Shown here in pieces: positions 33,391 through 42,755 of a DNA stretch of 62,626 nucleotides (position 1 is its first letter; each line of letters opens with the position of its first letter). The notes under the pieces were generated by a model, which did not search any database, was not told the DNA's origin, and saw only the letters and a program-made list of their open reading frames with translations. Made by a program: the position numbers and the translations under genes. This stretch comes from a virus. The stretch covers positions 1 through 62,626 of IMG/VR virus record IMGVR_UViG_3300027822_000003; one strand, written 5' to 3'.

Positions 33391-35465
33391 TGATTAATGA
33401 ACAATATATTCAATCGCAGAATAACATCTTGCCTCCTGGTGAAGAATATATAGAAGAGCAAGTTCCTTCACCAGAGCAACAGGCTATGATGCAAGCCGAT
33501 GCCGAGCAAGAAGCTTTAGCTCAAGCAGAAATAGAAGCACAACGTAGAGCTGAACAATCAATGATTGATTTGCTTGAAGCTAGACACGCGATGACCAACA
33601 TTGCGGAAAATCTTGAACAAAGTGTCATTGATACCATCGCAGCAAAAGTGATTGATGGATATAATTTAGACAAAGAATCCCGGGCTGAATGGGAAAAAAC
33701 AAATACTGAAGTTTTAAAATTAGCAAAACTATCTATTGAAAAAAAAATGTATGCTGGTGATGTTGTTGCGAATGTAAAGTATCCTATCATTACGAATGCA
33801 GGGATACAATTTGCGGCAAGAGCTTATCCTGAAATTATAAAAGGCACGGAAGTTGTTAAACCTAAAATTATTGGTTATGACCCGGATGGGCTAAAATTAG
33901 AGCGCGGTAATCGAATATGTGAACACATGTCATACCAACTACTCAACGAAATGTCTGAATGGGAGGATGGCGTTGACCAGTTGTTATTCACACTGCCTAT
34001 TGTAGGATGTGCGTTTAAGAAAACATATTACTCTACACTTTTAGGGCAAAATGTGTCTGAAATGGTTTTTGCGGATGATTTAGTGGTTAATATTAACACT
34101 GTATCGCTCGAAAAAGCATTAAGGGTCACACACATTATCCAATTATCGCAGAATGAAATTGTTGAAAGAATAAGAAATGGTGTTTTTCTTGATTTTGATG
34201 TTTCAGAATTAGGATTAGCGCAAAATACTGAAGATGCAATAATAGATGAAGATACACCACATAAGTTCCTTGAGCAACACAGGTGGTATGACCTTGATGA
34301 GGATGGATATCAGGAACCTTATATATGCACAGTACATGAAGGTACGCAAAAACTAGTTAGGATGTCTGCAAGATTTGAACTTGCGAATGTAACAGGGAAT
34401 AAAAAAAAAGAAATTGTAAGGATAAAGCCCACACATTACTTTACACGATTTATTTTTATGCCAGCAGTAGACGGAAGCTTTTACGGTAACGGATTTGGAA
34501 GCCTATTGTATTCTATCAACTCAGCAACAAACACCACACTAAATCAGTTACTTGATGCTGGAACACTCTCTAACCGGCAATCTGGATTTTTAGGTCGAGG
34601 GATTCAATTAGGGCGTGGTGCATCGTTAAAGTTTAAAGCTGGTGAATGGAAGCCAATACAATCAACAGGTGATGATTTACGGAAAAACATTGTCCCACTT
34701 CCTACCAAAGAACCATCTCCGACTCTTTTTAGATTGCTGGGATTGTTGGTTGAAACAGGAAAGGAACTATCCGGCGTCACAGATGTTTTATCAGGCCAAA
34801 GCCCTGGACCGAACGTTCCGGCCACAACAACACTTGCGCTTATAGAGCAGGGGTTACAAGTATATTCTGCGATTCATAAGCGAATACATAAATCGTTATA
34901 CGCGGAGTTCCAAAAAATACGCCAGTTAAATATTTTATATTTAACAGATCAAAAATATGCAAACGTTATGGATGACCCTGGAGCGATTCGGCGGGATGAT
35001 TATGCAGATAAAGACATGGATATTATACCTGTATCTGATCCAACCGCCACAACGAATATGCAACGTATAATGAAAGCTAAAGCTTTGTTAGAGATGCGAG
35101 GGCAAGGGTTAAGCGATATGGAAATTAATAAGAGATATTTAGAAGCTTTACAAATAGAAAATACTCAAATATTAATTCCAGAAGAAGATGAACCAAACCC
35201 AGCATTAGAACTGGAGATACAAGAAAAGCAAGCTGCTATTGAAAAAATTAATGCTGAAACCAGTTTAATTATTGAAAAAATAAACACTGAACGAGTTATC
35301 CAAAATACAAAAGCAATGGGGGCTGGTTTTGATAACAGAAAACTTGACATAGAAGAAGCAAAAGCAATTTCAAATATTGAAACAAACGAAATAAATAAAT
35401 TTTCAGAACAAAAAACTCAAGGCCCGTATCGTGAAGCCGGGATGGTTTCTAACAATGATGAATAA
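33390..35465 (+). CDS. portal protein
   Basis: 691-aa ORF directly after terL (ATGA-type junction) with Gln/Glu-rich termini. The call rests on position and size. Confidence 0.7.
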   Translation: MINEQYIQSQNNILPPGEEYIEEQVPSPEQQAMMQADAEQEALAQAEIEAQRRAEQSMIDLLEARHAMTNIAENLEQSVIDTIAAKVIDGYNLDKESRAEWEKTNTEVLKLAKLSIEKKMYAGDVVANVKYPIITNAGIQFAARAYPEIIKGTEVVKPKIIGYDPDGLKLERGNRICEHMSYQLLNEMSEWEDGVDQLLFTLPIVGCAFKKTYYSTLLGQNVSEMVFADDLVVNINTVSLEKALRVTHIIQLSQNEIVERIRNGVFLDFDVSELGLAQNTEDAIIDEDTPHKFLEQHRWYDLDEDGYQEPYICTVHEGTQKLVRMSARFELANVTGNKKKEIVRIKPTHYFTRFIFMPAVDGSFYGNGFGSLLYSINSATNTTLNQLLDAGTLSNRQSGFLGRGIQLGRGASLKFKAGEWKPIQSTGDDLRKNIVPLPTKEPSPTLFRLLGLLVETGKELSGVTDVLSGQSPGPNVPATTTLALIEQGLQVYSAIHKRIHKSLYAEFQKIRQLNILYLTDQKYANVMDDPGAIRRDDYADKDMDIIPVSDPTATTNMQRIMKAKALLEMRGQGLSDMEINKRYLEALQIENTQILIPEEDEPNPALELEIQEKQAAIEKINAETSLIIEKINTERVIQNTKAMGAGFDNRKLDIEEAKAISNIETNEINKFSEQKTQGPYREAGMVSNNDE

Positions 35466-35691
35466 AGAACAGTTTGACGAATGGAAAAGTTTATCAGCAA
35501 CGATATTAATCTTTAAACAGATTGAAGCCTTAAAGGAAGTTTTGACTGTTGATTTAGCGAGCGGGGCCACAATTGGCCTAACAGCCGATCAAATAGCAAT
35601 TAATACAGCACGAATCGTTGGGAATATTGAGGGATTAAATCAAATATTGAATATTAGTTTTTTAGAAGAGAGGGAAGAATATGCAGAATAA
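35455..35691 (+). CDS. hypothetical head-module protein
   Basis: 78-aa ORF overlapping the portal stop. Confidence 0.4.
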   Translation: MMNKEQFDEWKSLSATILIFKQIEALKEVLTVDLASGATIGLTADQIAINTARIVGNIEGLNQILNISFLEEREEYAE

Positions 35692-35995
35692 GTCAGGGAT
35701 TGATCCTACAGGCCATCATGTTTTAGTTTTACCGGATATAGTTAAAGAAAAAACCACAGGAGGCATTTATCTTGCGCCACAAAGCAGGGATGATGAACAG
35801 CGAGCTGCAACGACTGGAACATTAATTGCAGTTGGGCTTTCGTCTTGGGTTGAATTTGCCAATGGAGAAGCTTGGGCGGCGGCAGGAGACCATGTTTCTT
35901 TCGCCAAATATGCCGGAATTGAAATAGATGGTATCGACCAAAAAAAATATACGCTATTAAATGATCAAGATATTTTAGCAGTTTTAGACAAATAA
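35681..35995 (+). CDS. GroES/Cpn10-like co-chaperonin
   Basis: IDPTGHHVLVLP...KTTGGIYLAPQS...GTLIAVG...AGDHVSFAKYAGIEIDGID.KKYTLLNDQDILAVL aligns by eye with GroES (PL.DRV.V...T.GGI.L...G.V.AVG...GD.V.F..Y.G.E...DG.E.Y.I....DILA). Confidence 0.7.
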   Translation: MQNKSGIDPTGHHVLVLPDIVKEKTTGGIYLAPQSRDDEQRAATTGTLIAVGLSSWVEFANGEAWAAAGDHVSFAKYAGIEIDGIDQKKYTLLNDQDILAVLDK

Positions 35996-36019
35996 GATTT
36001 CAAAATTGAGGTAAATACA

Positions 36020-36883
36020 ATGCATGATGAAACAATAGATGAGATTTTAACAGAAACAAAGGAAAACGATGAAGACCATGTCGATACAGATTTAAAGGAA
36101 AAGGCTCCCGAAGAAATAAAAAGTGCCAGCGTAGAAGAGTTAGCTCAAGAAATGGGATGGAGACCCAAAGAAAACTTTGACGAGGAAAGCAATAATGAGT
36201 TTGTAGATGCTGCTACATATATCCGCAGAGGCGGCGATATCCAAACAAATATGCGAAAATCAATCAAAGATCAAAAACGTCAATTAACAGCAATGACAAA
36301 TAGTATTGAAGAGTTGAAACAGCATAATGAAAGAGTATATAAGGCTGAAATCACAACTCTGAAGAAAGATTTAGCCAGCCTGAAATTAGAAAAAAACGAA
36401 GCCATTCAAGACGGAGACGTTGACCTTGTAGAAAAAATAGATGCCAAGATTGATTTAGTTCAAGAATCTATAAGCCAACCTGAAAAGGCAACGGAAACAG
36501 CCGCACAACCACAGGGAGAAGACCCTGAGTTTACGGAATGGGTTGCAAAAAACGATTGGTATAGAACTAATAAAGAAATGCAAAGCTACGCAGACGCTAT
36601 TGGTGATCAAAATGAAGGGCTTCCATATACAAGGTTGCTTGCTCTTGTAGAAAGAAAAGTTAAAGATGGTTTCCCAGAAAAATTCCAGAAAAAAAACAGT
36701 ACAACGGAAATAGTTAACCGAGTGGAAGGCGCTACCCGTGGCAACAATAATAATATTTCTTTTACTGAAGCTGATTTAACAGCAGGGCAAAAAAATATTA
36801 TGAGCCAATTTGTTAGACAAGGTATTATGACCAAAAAACAATATATTGATGACATAAAAAAGCTTGCGGGAGGATACGCATAA
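36020..36883 (+). CDS. scaffolding protein candidate
   Basis: Acidic, coiled-coil-rich 287-aa ORF between the portal and capsid genes. Confidence 0.5.
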   Translation: MHDETIDEILTETKENDEDHVDTDLKEKAPEEIKSASVEELAQEMGWRPKENFDEESNNEFVDAATYIRRGGDIQTNMRKSIKDQKRQLTAMTNSIEELKQHNERVYKAEITTLKKDLASLKLEKNEAIQDGDVDLVEKIDAKIDLVQESISQPEKATETAAQPQGEDPEFTEWVAKNDWYRTNKEMQSYADAIGDQNEGLPYTRLLALVERKVKDGFPEKFQKKNSTTEIVNRVEGATRGNNNNISFTEADLTAGQKNIMSQFVRQGIMTKKQYIDDIKKLAGGYA

Positions 36884-37305
36884 TGAAAGATAATTCAGAA
36901 AAAAAAGATACGAATACAGAAATTAAACCAAAAAAAAGACCCATCAGAGTTCCAATTGGCATTCGGAATGTTTTAACGGCCCCAAAAAAAGATGGGTATA
37001 TCCGTAAATTTGTGAATGACAAAGATGGAAGAATTGAAATGTTTAAAGCTGCCGGATATAGATTGGTTGAAGAAGATATCCTTGTTGGTGATAATTCAAT
37101 CAAGAGAACCCAACTACCGGGCAGTTCAGTGTCAGTACCGGTCGGTGGTGGAGTAAAAGCAGTCCTTATGGAAACAAAAAAAGATTGGTACGATGAGGAT
37201 CAAAAAGCAAAACAAGATAAGATTACCGCCGGTGAGAACGACATGAAACGAACGTTAAACCCAAACCAAGATGGTATGTACGGAAGAATTGTAATATCTT
37301 CTTGA
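36883..37305 (+). CDS. head-module protein, basic N-terminus
   Basis: 140-aa ORF. ATGA junction. Confidence 0.35.
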   Translation: MKDNSEKKDTNTEIKPKKRPIRVPIGIRNVLTAPKKDGYIRKFVNDKDGRIEMFKAAGYRLVEEDILVGDNSIKRTQLPGSSVSVPVGGGVKAVLMETKKDWYDEDQKAKQDKITAGENDMKRTLNPNQDGMYGRIVISS

Positions 37306-37343
37306 TAAATAAAAAAGCTATAACACGGCTTTAGGAGGTTGTT

Positions 37344-37931
37344 TTGGCTAACATAGATAGAATTTCTGGTTTTACACCAGTGAAACATTTAAACGGAAAC
37401 CCATGGAATGGTAAAGCACGGATGTATTATATCCCGGCAACTGATTCCACCGCTATATTTAAAGGCGATGCTGTAAAATCTGCGGGCAGTGCCGATACCA
37501 CGGGTAAATACGCAACAATTGCACAAGCGGCAGCGTCAGATACCATAAGGGGGGTTGCGATTGCTTTTTCTGATCAACCTAATATTGGTATTGACACTAC
37601 AAATCTGTACGGGGCATATAGGTTAGCCAGTACAGCAATGTATTGTTTGGTTGTTGATGACCCTGATGTAATTTTTGAAATACAGGAAGATAACGTTGGA
37701 AACGATATTGATGCAGATATGATTGGGCTCAGTACCGATATTACTGTAGGCAGTGGGGACACGGCTTCAGGAAAATCTGGGATGGAACTTGATAGTAGTG
37801 ACACCGCAACAGCAGCCGGGCAATGCAAAATATTGAACGTGTCACGGAAAGAAGATAACGCACTTGGGGCTCATTGCAAATTCGATGTCCTTATAATTGA
37901 ACATGAAATGAGATCGTCTACTGACGTATAG
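37344..37931 (+). CDS. capsid-associated (decoration-like) protein
   Basis: TTG start after AGGAGG. 195 aa. Immediately precedes the major capsid gene. Confidence 0.3.
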   Translation: MANIDRISGFTPVKHLNGNPWNGKARMYYIPATDSTAIFKGDAVKSAGSADTTGKYATIAQAAASDTIRGVAIAFSDQPNIGIDTTNLYGAYRLASTAMYCLVVDDPDVIFEIQEDNVGNDIDADMIGLSTDITVGSGDTASGKSGMELDSSDTATAAGQCKILNVSRKEDNALGAHCKFDVLIIEHEMRSSTDV

Positions 37932-37946
37932 TAGGAGGAAACTATA

Positions 37947-38867
37947 ATGGGTGTTATAACAACAAATAACTTTGCTAAGGATCTTATCCCTGGTGTTAAG
38001 ACTTGGTACGCAACAAAATATCGAGAATACCCTATTGAGTATCTTGATATTTTTGATAAAACTATTTCTACAAGAGCCTTTGAAGAAGAGGTTGGCGTTA
38101 CTGGTTTCGGTCTAGCTCAAATGAAATCTGAAACAGATGGGATCGCCTATGCTGATACGGAGCAGGGATATGTTAACAGATATACAAATGTAACGTATGG
38201 CCTTGGTTATATCATAACCAGAGAAATGTACGAGGATGGAATCGCGGTAACTGTTGCCCTAAGAAAGGCCGGGGCACTTGCCTTCTCTATTCGACAAACC
38301 AAAGAAATAATTGCTGCAAACGTGCTTAACAGAGCGTTCAATTCGGCATATACGATGGGAGCAAATAGTGATGGGAAGGAATTGTGCGCAGCGGATCATC
38401 CCAACAAATCAGGCGGTACTTGGCGAAACGAATTGTCAACCTATGCAGATTTGAGCGAAGCTGCCCTTGAACAAGCTTGTATTGACATCGCAAGTTTTAC
38501 CACAGATAAAGGTTTGACCATTGCGATTAAACCAGTGAAGCTTATCGTGCCCCCAGCTTTAGAATTCGAAGCGTGTAGAATATTAGAATCGTCTGGCCGC
38601 GTTAGTACCGCGAATAATGATAACAACGCACTCTATGTTACTGGAAAAATTCCACAAGGTATCAAGGTAAACCATTATTTGACCGATACAGACGCATGGT
38701 TTCTTAAAACCGATTGCCCCGATGGGATGAAATATATGGAACGCCGTGCAGATTCTTTCGGTACTGAAAATGATTTTGATACTGAAAATGCCAAATTCAA
38801 AGCAACGTTCAGATGTGCTTTTGGCTGGTCTGATGCCAGGGGTATATTTGGTTGCCCTGGGGCATAG
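37947..38867 (+). CDS. major capsid protein
   Basis: 306 aa. AGGAGG RBS. Followed by a strong stem-loop. The block F..K..STRAFEEEVGVTGFGLAQMKSETDGIAY recalls Mu gpT-type HK97-fold capsid proteins. Confidence 0.75.
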   Translation: MGVITTNNFAKDLIPGVKTWYATKYREYPIEYLDIFDKTISTRAFEEEVGVTGFGLAQMKSETDGIAYADTEQGYVNRYTNVTYGLGYIITREMYEDGIAVTVALRKAGALAFSIRQTKEIIAANVLNRAFNSAYTMGANSDGKELCAADHPNKSGGTWRNELSTYADLSEAALEQACIDIASFTTDKGLTIAIKPVKLIVPPALEFEACRILESSGRVSTANNDNNALYVTGKIPQGIKVNHYLTDTDAWFLKTDCPDGMKYMERRADSFGTENDFDTENAKFKATFRCAFGWSDARGIFGCPGA

Positions 38868-38881
38868 ATTTTTAAACTAAT

Positions 38882-38912
38882 CTATAGGGGGTAAATAAAG
38901 AACCCCCTATAG
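38882..38912 (+). terminator. perfect 10-bp stem-loop after the capsid gene (attenuator or mRNA stabiliser; no U-tract)
   Basis: ctataggggg, loop taaataaagaa, then ccccctatag. Confidence 0.45.
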
Positions 38913-38961
38913 AACCTGTGTAAAATGAGGTTAAATTCCTCATGGCAGCCATTATAAAAAA

Positions 38962-39954
38962 GTGGGTGTTACTGTGAAAAGGATTTTAAAAATGCCTGTA
39001 ACAAATTTTCCAAACGGACTCACTATGGATACGACAAAATATATATCCATTGCTTCTGGGTCAACTATCCCGGTAACCGGAGCATCCGGTTATAATCCAG
39101 GGTGTAAATTTATTCTTTCTAGTGCGTCTTTAGGCAAAAACATTGAATGGGTTAACCAGGGCTCCGCAACTTCGTGCCTTTTTGTTCCTTCCGGCGCTGG
39201 TTTCGGATATGGTTTTGCATGGGCTGGTGGCCCAGTAGATTGTGTAAACGGAGAAACAGCCACGCAATATGCTGTTGACGGCAATGTTGGCCTTGCTGAT
39301 ATTTGTTTCGCAGCTCATCAAGTTTCAGACGATAATGATCAAATTATAGGTGTAGCATGTGCGGAGTCAACAGCACCGGGGGAACAAAACAGTTTATTAA
39401 TTACTGCAAGCGCTGACCCTTTGACCGCGCATGATTATGTTTATGCTGGATTAAAAAATAAATGTGTACCTAAATTTGATGTTTTTGCAGCAGGGACACA
39501 CACCACTGTAGGCGGAGCTGCCGCCGAAGCTATAACTATTACAGGGGCAAAGGCTGGTGATCTCGCTTTTGTGTGTCTTGGTTCAACAGATGACACAGAT
39601 ACTATTTCTGATTCTATTTGTACCACAGATACTTTGACTGTCACATTGTCTGCTGATCCGTCAACCACCCATAGCATTCATTATGTAATTTTGAGAGAGC
39701 GTGGGACTTTTAAACCAAGTCATTATGTTGCATATGCCGGACAACACACTTGTGTCGGAGGTGACGCAACAGAGGTGGCGACTGTAACTGGAGTTTTGTC
39801 GGATGATATTATTATGTCGGTTATTGAAGATGCAACAAGTGGCGCAACCAATATACTGAAAGTCGTTCCAACAACTAATACGGTAACATGGACGTTTAAT
39901 GCTGACCCAACAGTTGGGCATTTGATTAATTATGCAGTATTAAGAGCGTATTAA
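38962..39954 (+). CDS. virion protein with three tandem domains of about 85 aa
   Basis: Repeats end ...ADPLTAHDYVYAGLK, ...ADPSTTHSIHYVILR and ...ADPTVGHLINYAVLR. The start could be GTG 38962 or the internal MPVTNF. Confidence 0.45.
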   Translation: MGVTVKRILKMPVTNFPNGLTMDTTKYISIASGSTIPVTGASGYNPGCKFILSSASLGKNIEWVNQGSATSCLFVPSGAGFGYGFAWAGGPVDCVNGETATQYAVDGNVGLADICFAAHQVSDDNDQIIGVACAESTAPGEQNSLLITASADPLTAHDYVYAGLKNKCVPKFDVFAAGTHTTVGGAAAEAITITGAKAGDLAFVCLGSTDDTDTISDSICTTDTLTVTLSADPSTTHSIHYVILRERGTFKPSHYVAYAGQHTCVGGDATEVATVTGVLSDDIIMSVIEDATSGATNILKVVPTTNTVTWTFNADPTVGHLINYAVLRAY

Positions 39955-39955
39955 A

Positions 39956-40168
39956 ATGCCATATAAAGCAGGTGACTATTTAGTTATATGTGATATTTGC
40001 GGTTTTCAAAAATATGCATCAGAATGTCAATTAAATTGGAAACAACAATTAGTTTGTTCAGATACATGCTTTGAAGAAAAGCATCCTCACTATACAGAGC
40101 CAAAACCTTTAGGTGAAAAGCAATCTGTACCTATTCATAGGCCACCAGGGGAGGACATTTTTATTTAA
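39956..40168 (+). CDS. small Cys4 virion-module protein
   Basis: CDICGF...CQLNW...VCSDTCFEEKHP. Confidence 0.45.
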   Translation: MPYKAGDYLVICDICGFQKYASECQLNWKQQLVCSDTCFEEKHPHYTEPKPLGEKQSVPIHRPPGEDIFI

Positions 40169-40803
40169 TGGCGACTTTAGCGAGTTTAAAAGCGAATATT
40201 CTTGAGATAATAAATACAAGAATGTTTTCTGAGGAATATATCGAAACAAAAATAAATCTTGCTATATCTCTAATCGCTGGCGGGGTAAAATCATCTTTTG
40301 GTGATTTCCTTACTCCGCCATTACCACAGCTATTTAACATCGCAACTATAAACACAGCAACAGACGCGGCCTATGTTTCTATGCCTGCTACCTTTCAGAG
40401 AAAGCTTCAATTCGTAGCCAACTCTGGTGGCTCAGAAATAGAAATTTATAATTCGATGATTGAATTTGCAGGAGTTTATCCGTTAATGAATGGGTCTGGT
40501 ACAATTTCTAGTGTTGTTGAGCAGGGTGGAAATCTTTATTACCAAAAAATTCCAACCGTGTCGGAGACATTGACATTGCATTTTTTTAGACATCCTGTTG
40601 ATATGACAACAAGTGATGATACTCCAGACGGTATCCCTGAACATTTGCAAGAGCCTTTATTGGTTAATTATGTTTGCAAAGAACTTTTTAATATTTCTGA
40701 AAACTCAAACATAGAAAAGCATACTATTCTTTTTAATGATGCTGTTAGGTTACTTGAGGTAACAATTCCTTTTGACAATAGGTCTCTTTACCTGGGAGAT
40801 TAG
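40168..40803 (+). CDS. head-tail connector/adaptor candidate
   Basis: 211-aa ORF. Call rests on position only. Confidence 0.35.
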   Translation: MATLASLKANILEIINTRMFSEEYIETKINLAISLIAGGVKSSFGDFLTPPLPQLFNIATINTATDAAYVSMPATFQRKLQFVANSGGSEIEIYNSMIEFAGVYPLMNGSGTISSVVEQGGNLYYQKIPTVSETLTLHFFRHPVDMTTSDDTPDGIPEHLQEPLLVNYVCKELFNISENSNIEKHTILFNDAVRLLEVTIPFDNRSLYLGD

Positions 40804-40807
40804 TTTT

Positions 40808-41482
40808 ATGAGTACAATATATGTATCGACAATTTTTAATAGAGTTGCACGGGTCACTGGTGATCCAGCCTTCGTGGAGCCTACTAGGGCACAACTACTT
40901 GATTGGTTTAATGAAGGTGAAACAGCACTTGTTAAGCGTAAACCGGATGCCTATGTTAAAACAGCAAATCAAGTATTAACGGAAGGTACCAAACAAGCGC
41001 TTGCTGAGGATGGGATAATATTTCTTGAACCAAATTGTAATATGGGAACAGATGGTTCAACGCCTGGAAGAGTTGTCTATACTGTAACCCGTGAAAGAAT
41101 TAACAGGACTTCACCGAATTGGCATTCAGTAAACGCTGACGCGCAAATTAATGCAGTTATTTTTGATGAAAGAAATCCAAAAGTTTTCTATGTATCACCT
41201 CCTCAGCCAGCCGTGAATCAAGGATATTTGGATTATGATTATTCAGCATTACCTCCAACGATAATTGTTACAGATGAAAACTATGATGTAGCTTTTACTG
41301 TCGGTGATGAATATGCACCTGAAATGCTGAACTATTTATTATTTAGGATTTATAGCGAAGACACCGGCCAAATATCGGATGCAGTTGCTCGAGCGCAAAT
41401 GTATTGGGGATTATTCACTGGTGATATCATTGACAAAGAAGCCATTGAAAACAGAGACAGCCCGAATGTTCCGAGGAGATAG
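40808..41482 (+). CDS. head-tail adaptor candidate
   Basis: ATG 40808 (MSTIYVSTIF). Call rests on position, plus a weakly recalled W..EG...L..R.PDA pattern of podovirus adaptor-like proteins. Confidence 0.35.
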   Translation: MSTIYVSTIFNRVARVTGDPAFVEPTRAQLLDWFNEGETALVKRKPDAYVKTANQVLTEGTKQALAEDGIIFLEPNCNMGTDGSTPGRVVYTVTRERINRTSPNWHSVNADAQINAVIFDERNPKVFYVSPPQPAVNQGYLDYDYSALPPTIIVTDENYDVAFTVGDEYAPEMLNYLLFRIYSEDTGQISDAVARAQMYWGLFTGDIIDKEAIENRDSPNVPRR

Positions 41483-41488
41483 CCCATT

Positions 41489-42436
41489 ATGGGACAAATA
41501 TTTAGAAATGATTTTGCAACTACCCTGACAGCCACAATCACCACAACCAGCACTACGCTTGCCTTAACTGCTGCCCCCTCGCCAGCAATAGTTTTAACTG
41601 AAAGCGATGATTTCTTTAAACTCACTATTGTTGATGAAAACGGTAACCGTGAAATTATTAAATGTGTTGAGATATCGGGGCTTGATGTTACGATAGGCGT
41701 TGCGCTGGGTGTACCTTCTATTGATGGCCGCGCGCAAGAAAACACAACTGCAATTCCCATTACGCATACGGATGAGCATATTATTAGTATGCGGACAACA
41801 GCAGGATTACTTGAAACTATAATTACTGCGATCAATACATTACAAGCCAATACATCAATTGCAACAATCACCATGGCTGAAGAAGGGACAGATGACGTTC
41901 ATCCCCTTTCTCCTTTAAAAGGCCGCGTTATGGTTGATGGATATGCTCCTTTAGCTACGTTGGTACAAGCACAAGGCGGAACAAATAACATAGCAAGAAT
42001 GAGTCCTCTTCGTTCACGACAAGCGGTAGCGACTGCTTATGAGGCTATATTTGAATCTGGAACAACCTGTATTTTTAAACAAAATACTGTGCCCACCGGA
42101 TGGGTATTTTTGGCTGAAGACAATGATCGTGTTTTTATTGGAACAGATAGTTCTATAGAAGGCGGAGACATAGGTGGTAGTTGGACGTTGTCCGGGATTA
42201 GCATTAATGGCCATGCATTAAGCATAGCTGAAATGCCGGTACATAAGCATGGCATTGATGTAAGGTGGCATGACGTCGGGACTTCTGGCACAGTTCGAAA
42301 TGCCGATTGGGGCGGAACGGTTATGGATACCGAAACAAAAGCGGCTGGGAGTGGAGCTGCACATACACATGGGATAACGCTGGGGAACACGTGGAGACCA
42401 GCGTATGTGAAAGCTATAACAGCAAGGAGGATTTGA
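41489..42436 (+). CDS. tail fibre protein A (short paralogue)
   Basis: N-terminal fibre-anchor-like block (FFKLTIVDENGNREIIKCV) and a C-terminal His-rich collar (HKHGIDVRWH...AAHTHG). Both are shared with 42756-44690. Confidence 0.6.
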   Translation: MGQIFRNDFATTLTATITTTSTTLALTAAPSPAIVLTESDDFFKLTIVDENGNREIIKCVEISGLDVTIGVALGVPSIDGRAQENTTAIPITHTDEHIISMRTTAGLLETIITAINTLQANTSIATITMAEEGTDDVHPLSPLKGRVMVDGYAPLATLVQAQGGTNNIARMSPLRSRQAVATAYEAIFESGTTCIFKQNTVPTGWVFLAEDNDRVFIGTDSSIEGGDIGGSWTLSGISINGHALSIAEMPVHKHGIDVRWHDVGTSGTVRNADWGGTVMDTETKAAGSGAAHTHGITLGNTWRPAYVKAITARRI

Positions 42437-42437
42437 T

Positions 42438-42755
42438 ATGGAACATGAAAATATAAATTATGAAAACGCTTTTAACTGCAAAGATTGCCCTCAATGCAAT
42501 ACGTCAAAGGGTTGTCCTGCCTGGTTAGAAATGATCGAGGAAGACGATAAGGGGAATAAACGTATCGTTAAAATGTGTGACAGGGTATATGAAAAATACT
42601 TCTGGGTTAATGTAACAAAAGCCCTTGCAATTTTAACTGAAAATGTATCAAAAACAAACAATCTTTATACCGATGGAATTGTAGCAATAGGGAATGCGCT
42701 GCAACAGCACCAAAATCAACAGATATCGCAACATGATGTAAAACTGGTTAAATAA
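42438..42755 (+). CDS. small Cys-rich protein between the fibre paralogues (assembly chaperone candidate)
   Basis: CKDCPQCNTSKGCPAW cluster. 105 aa. Confidence 0.35.
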   Translation: MEHENINYENAFNCKDCPQCNTSKGCPAWLEMIEEDDKGNKRIVKMCDRVYEKYFWVNVTKALAILTENVSKTNNLYTDGIVAIGNALQQHQNQQISQHDVKLVK

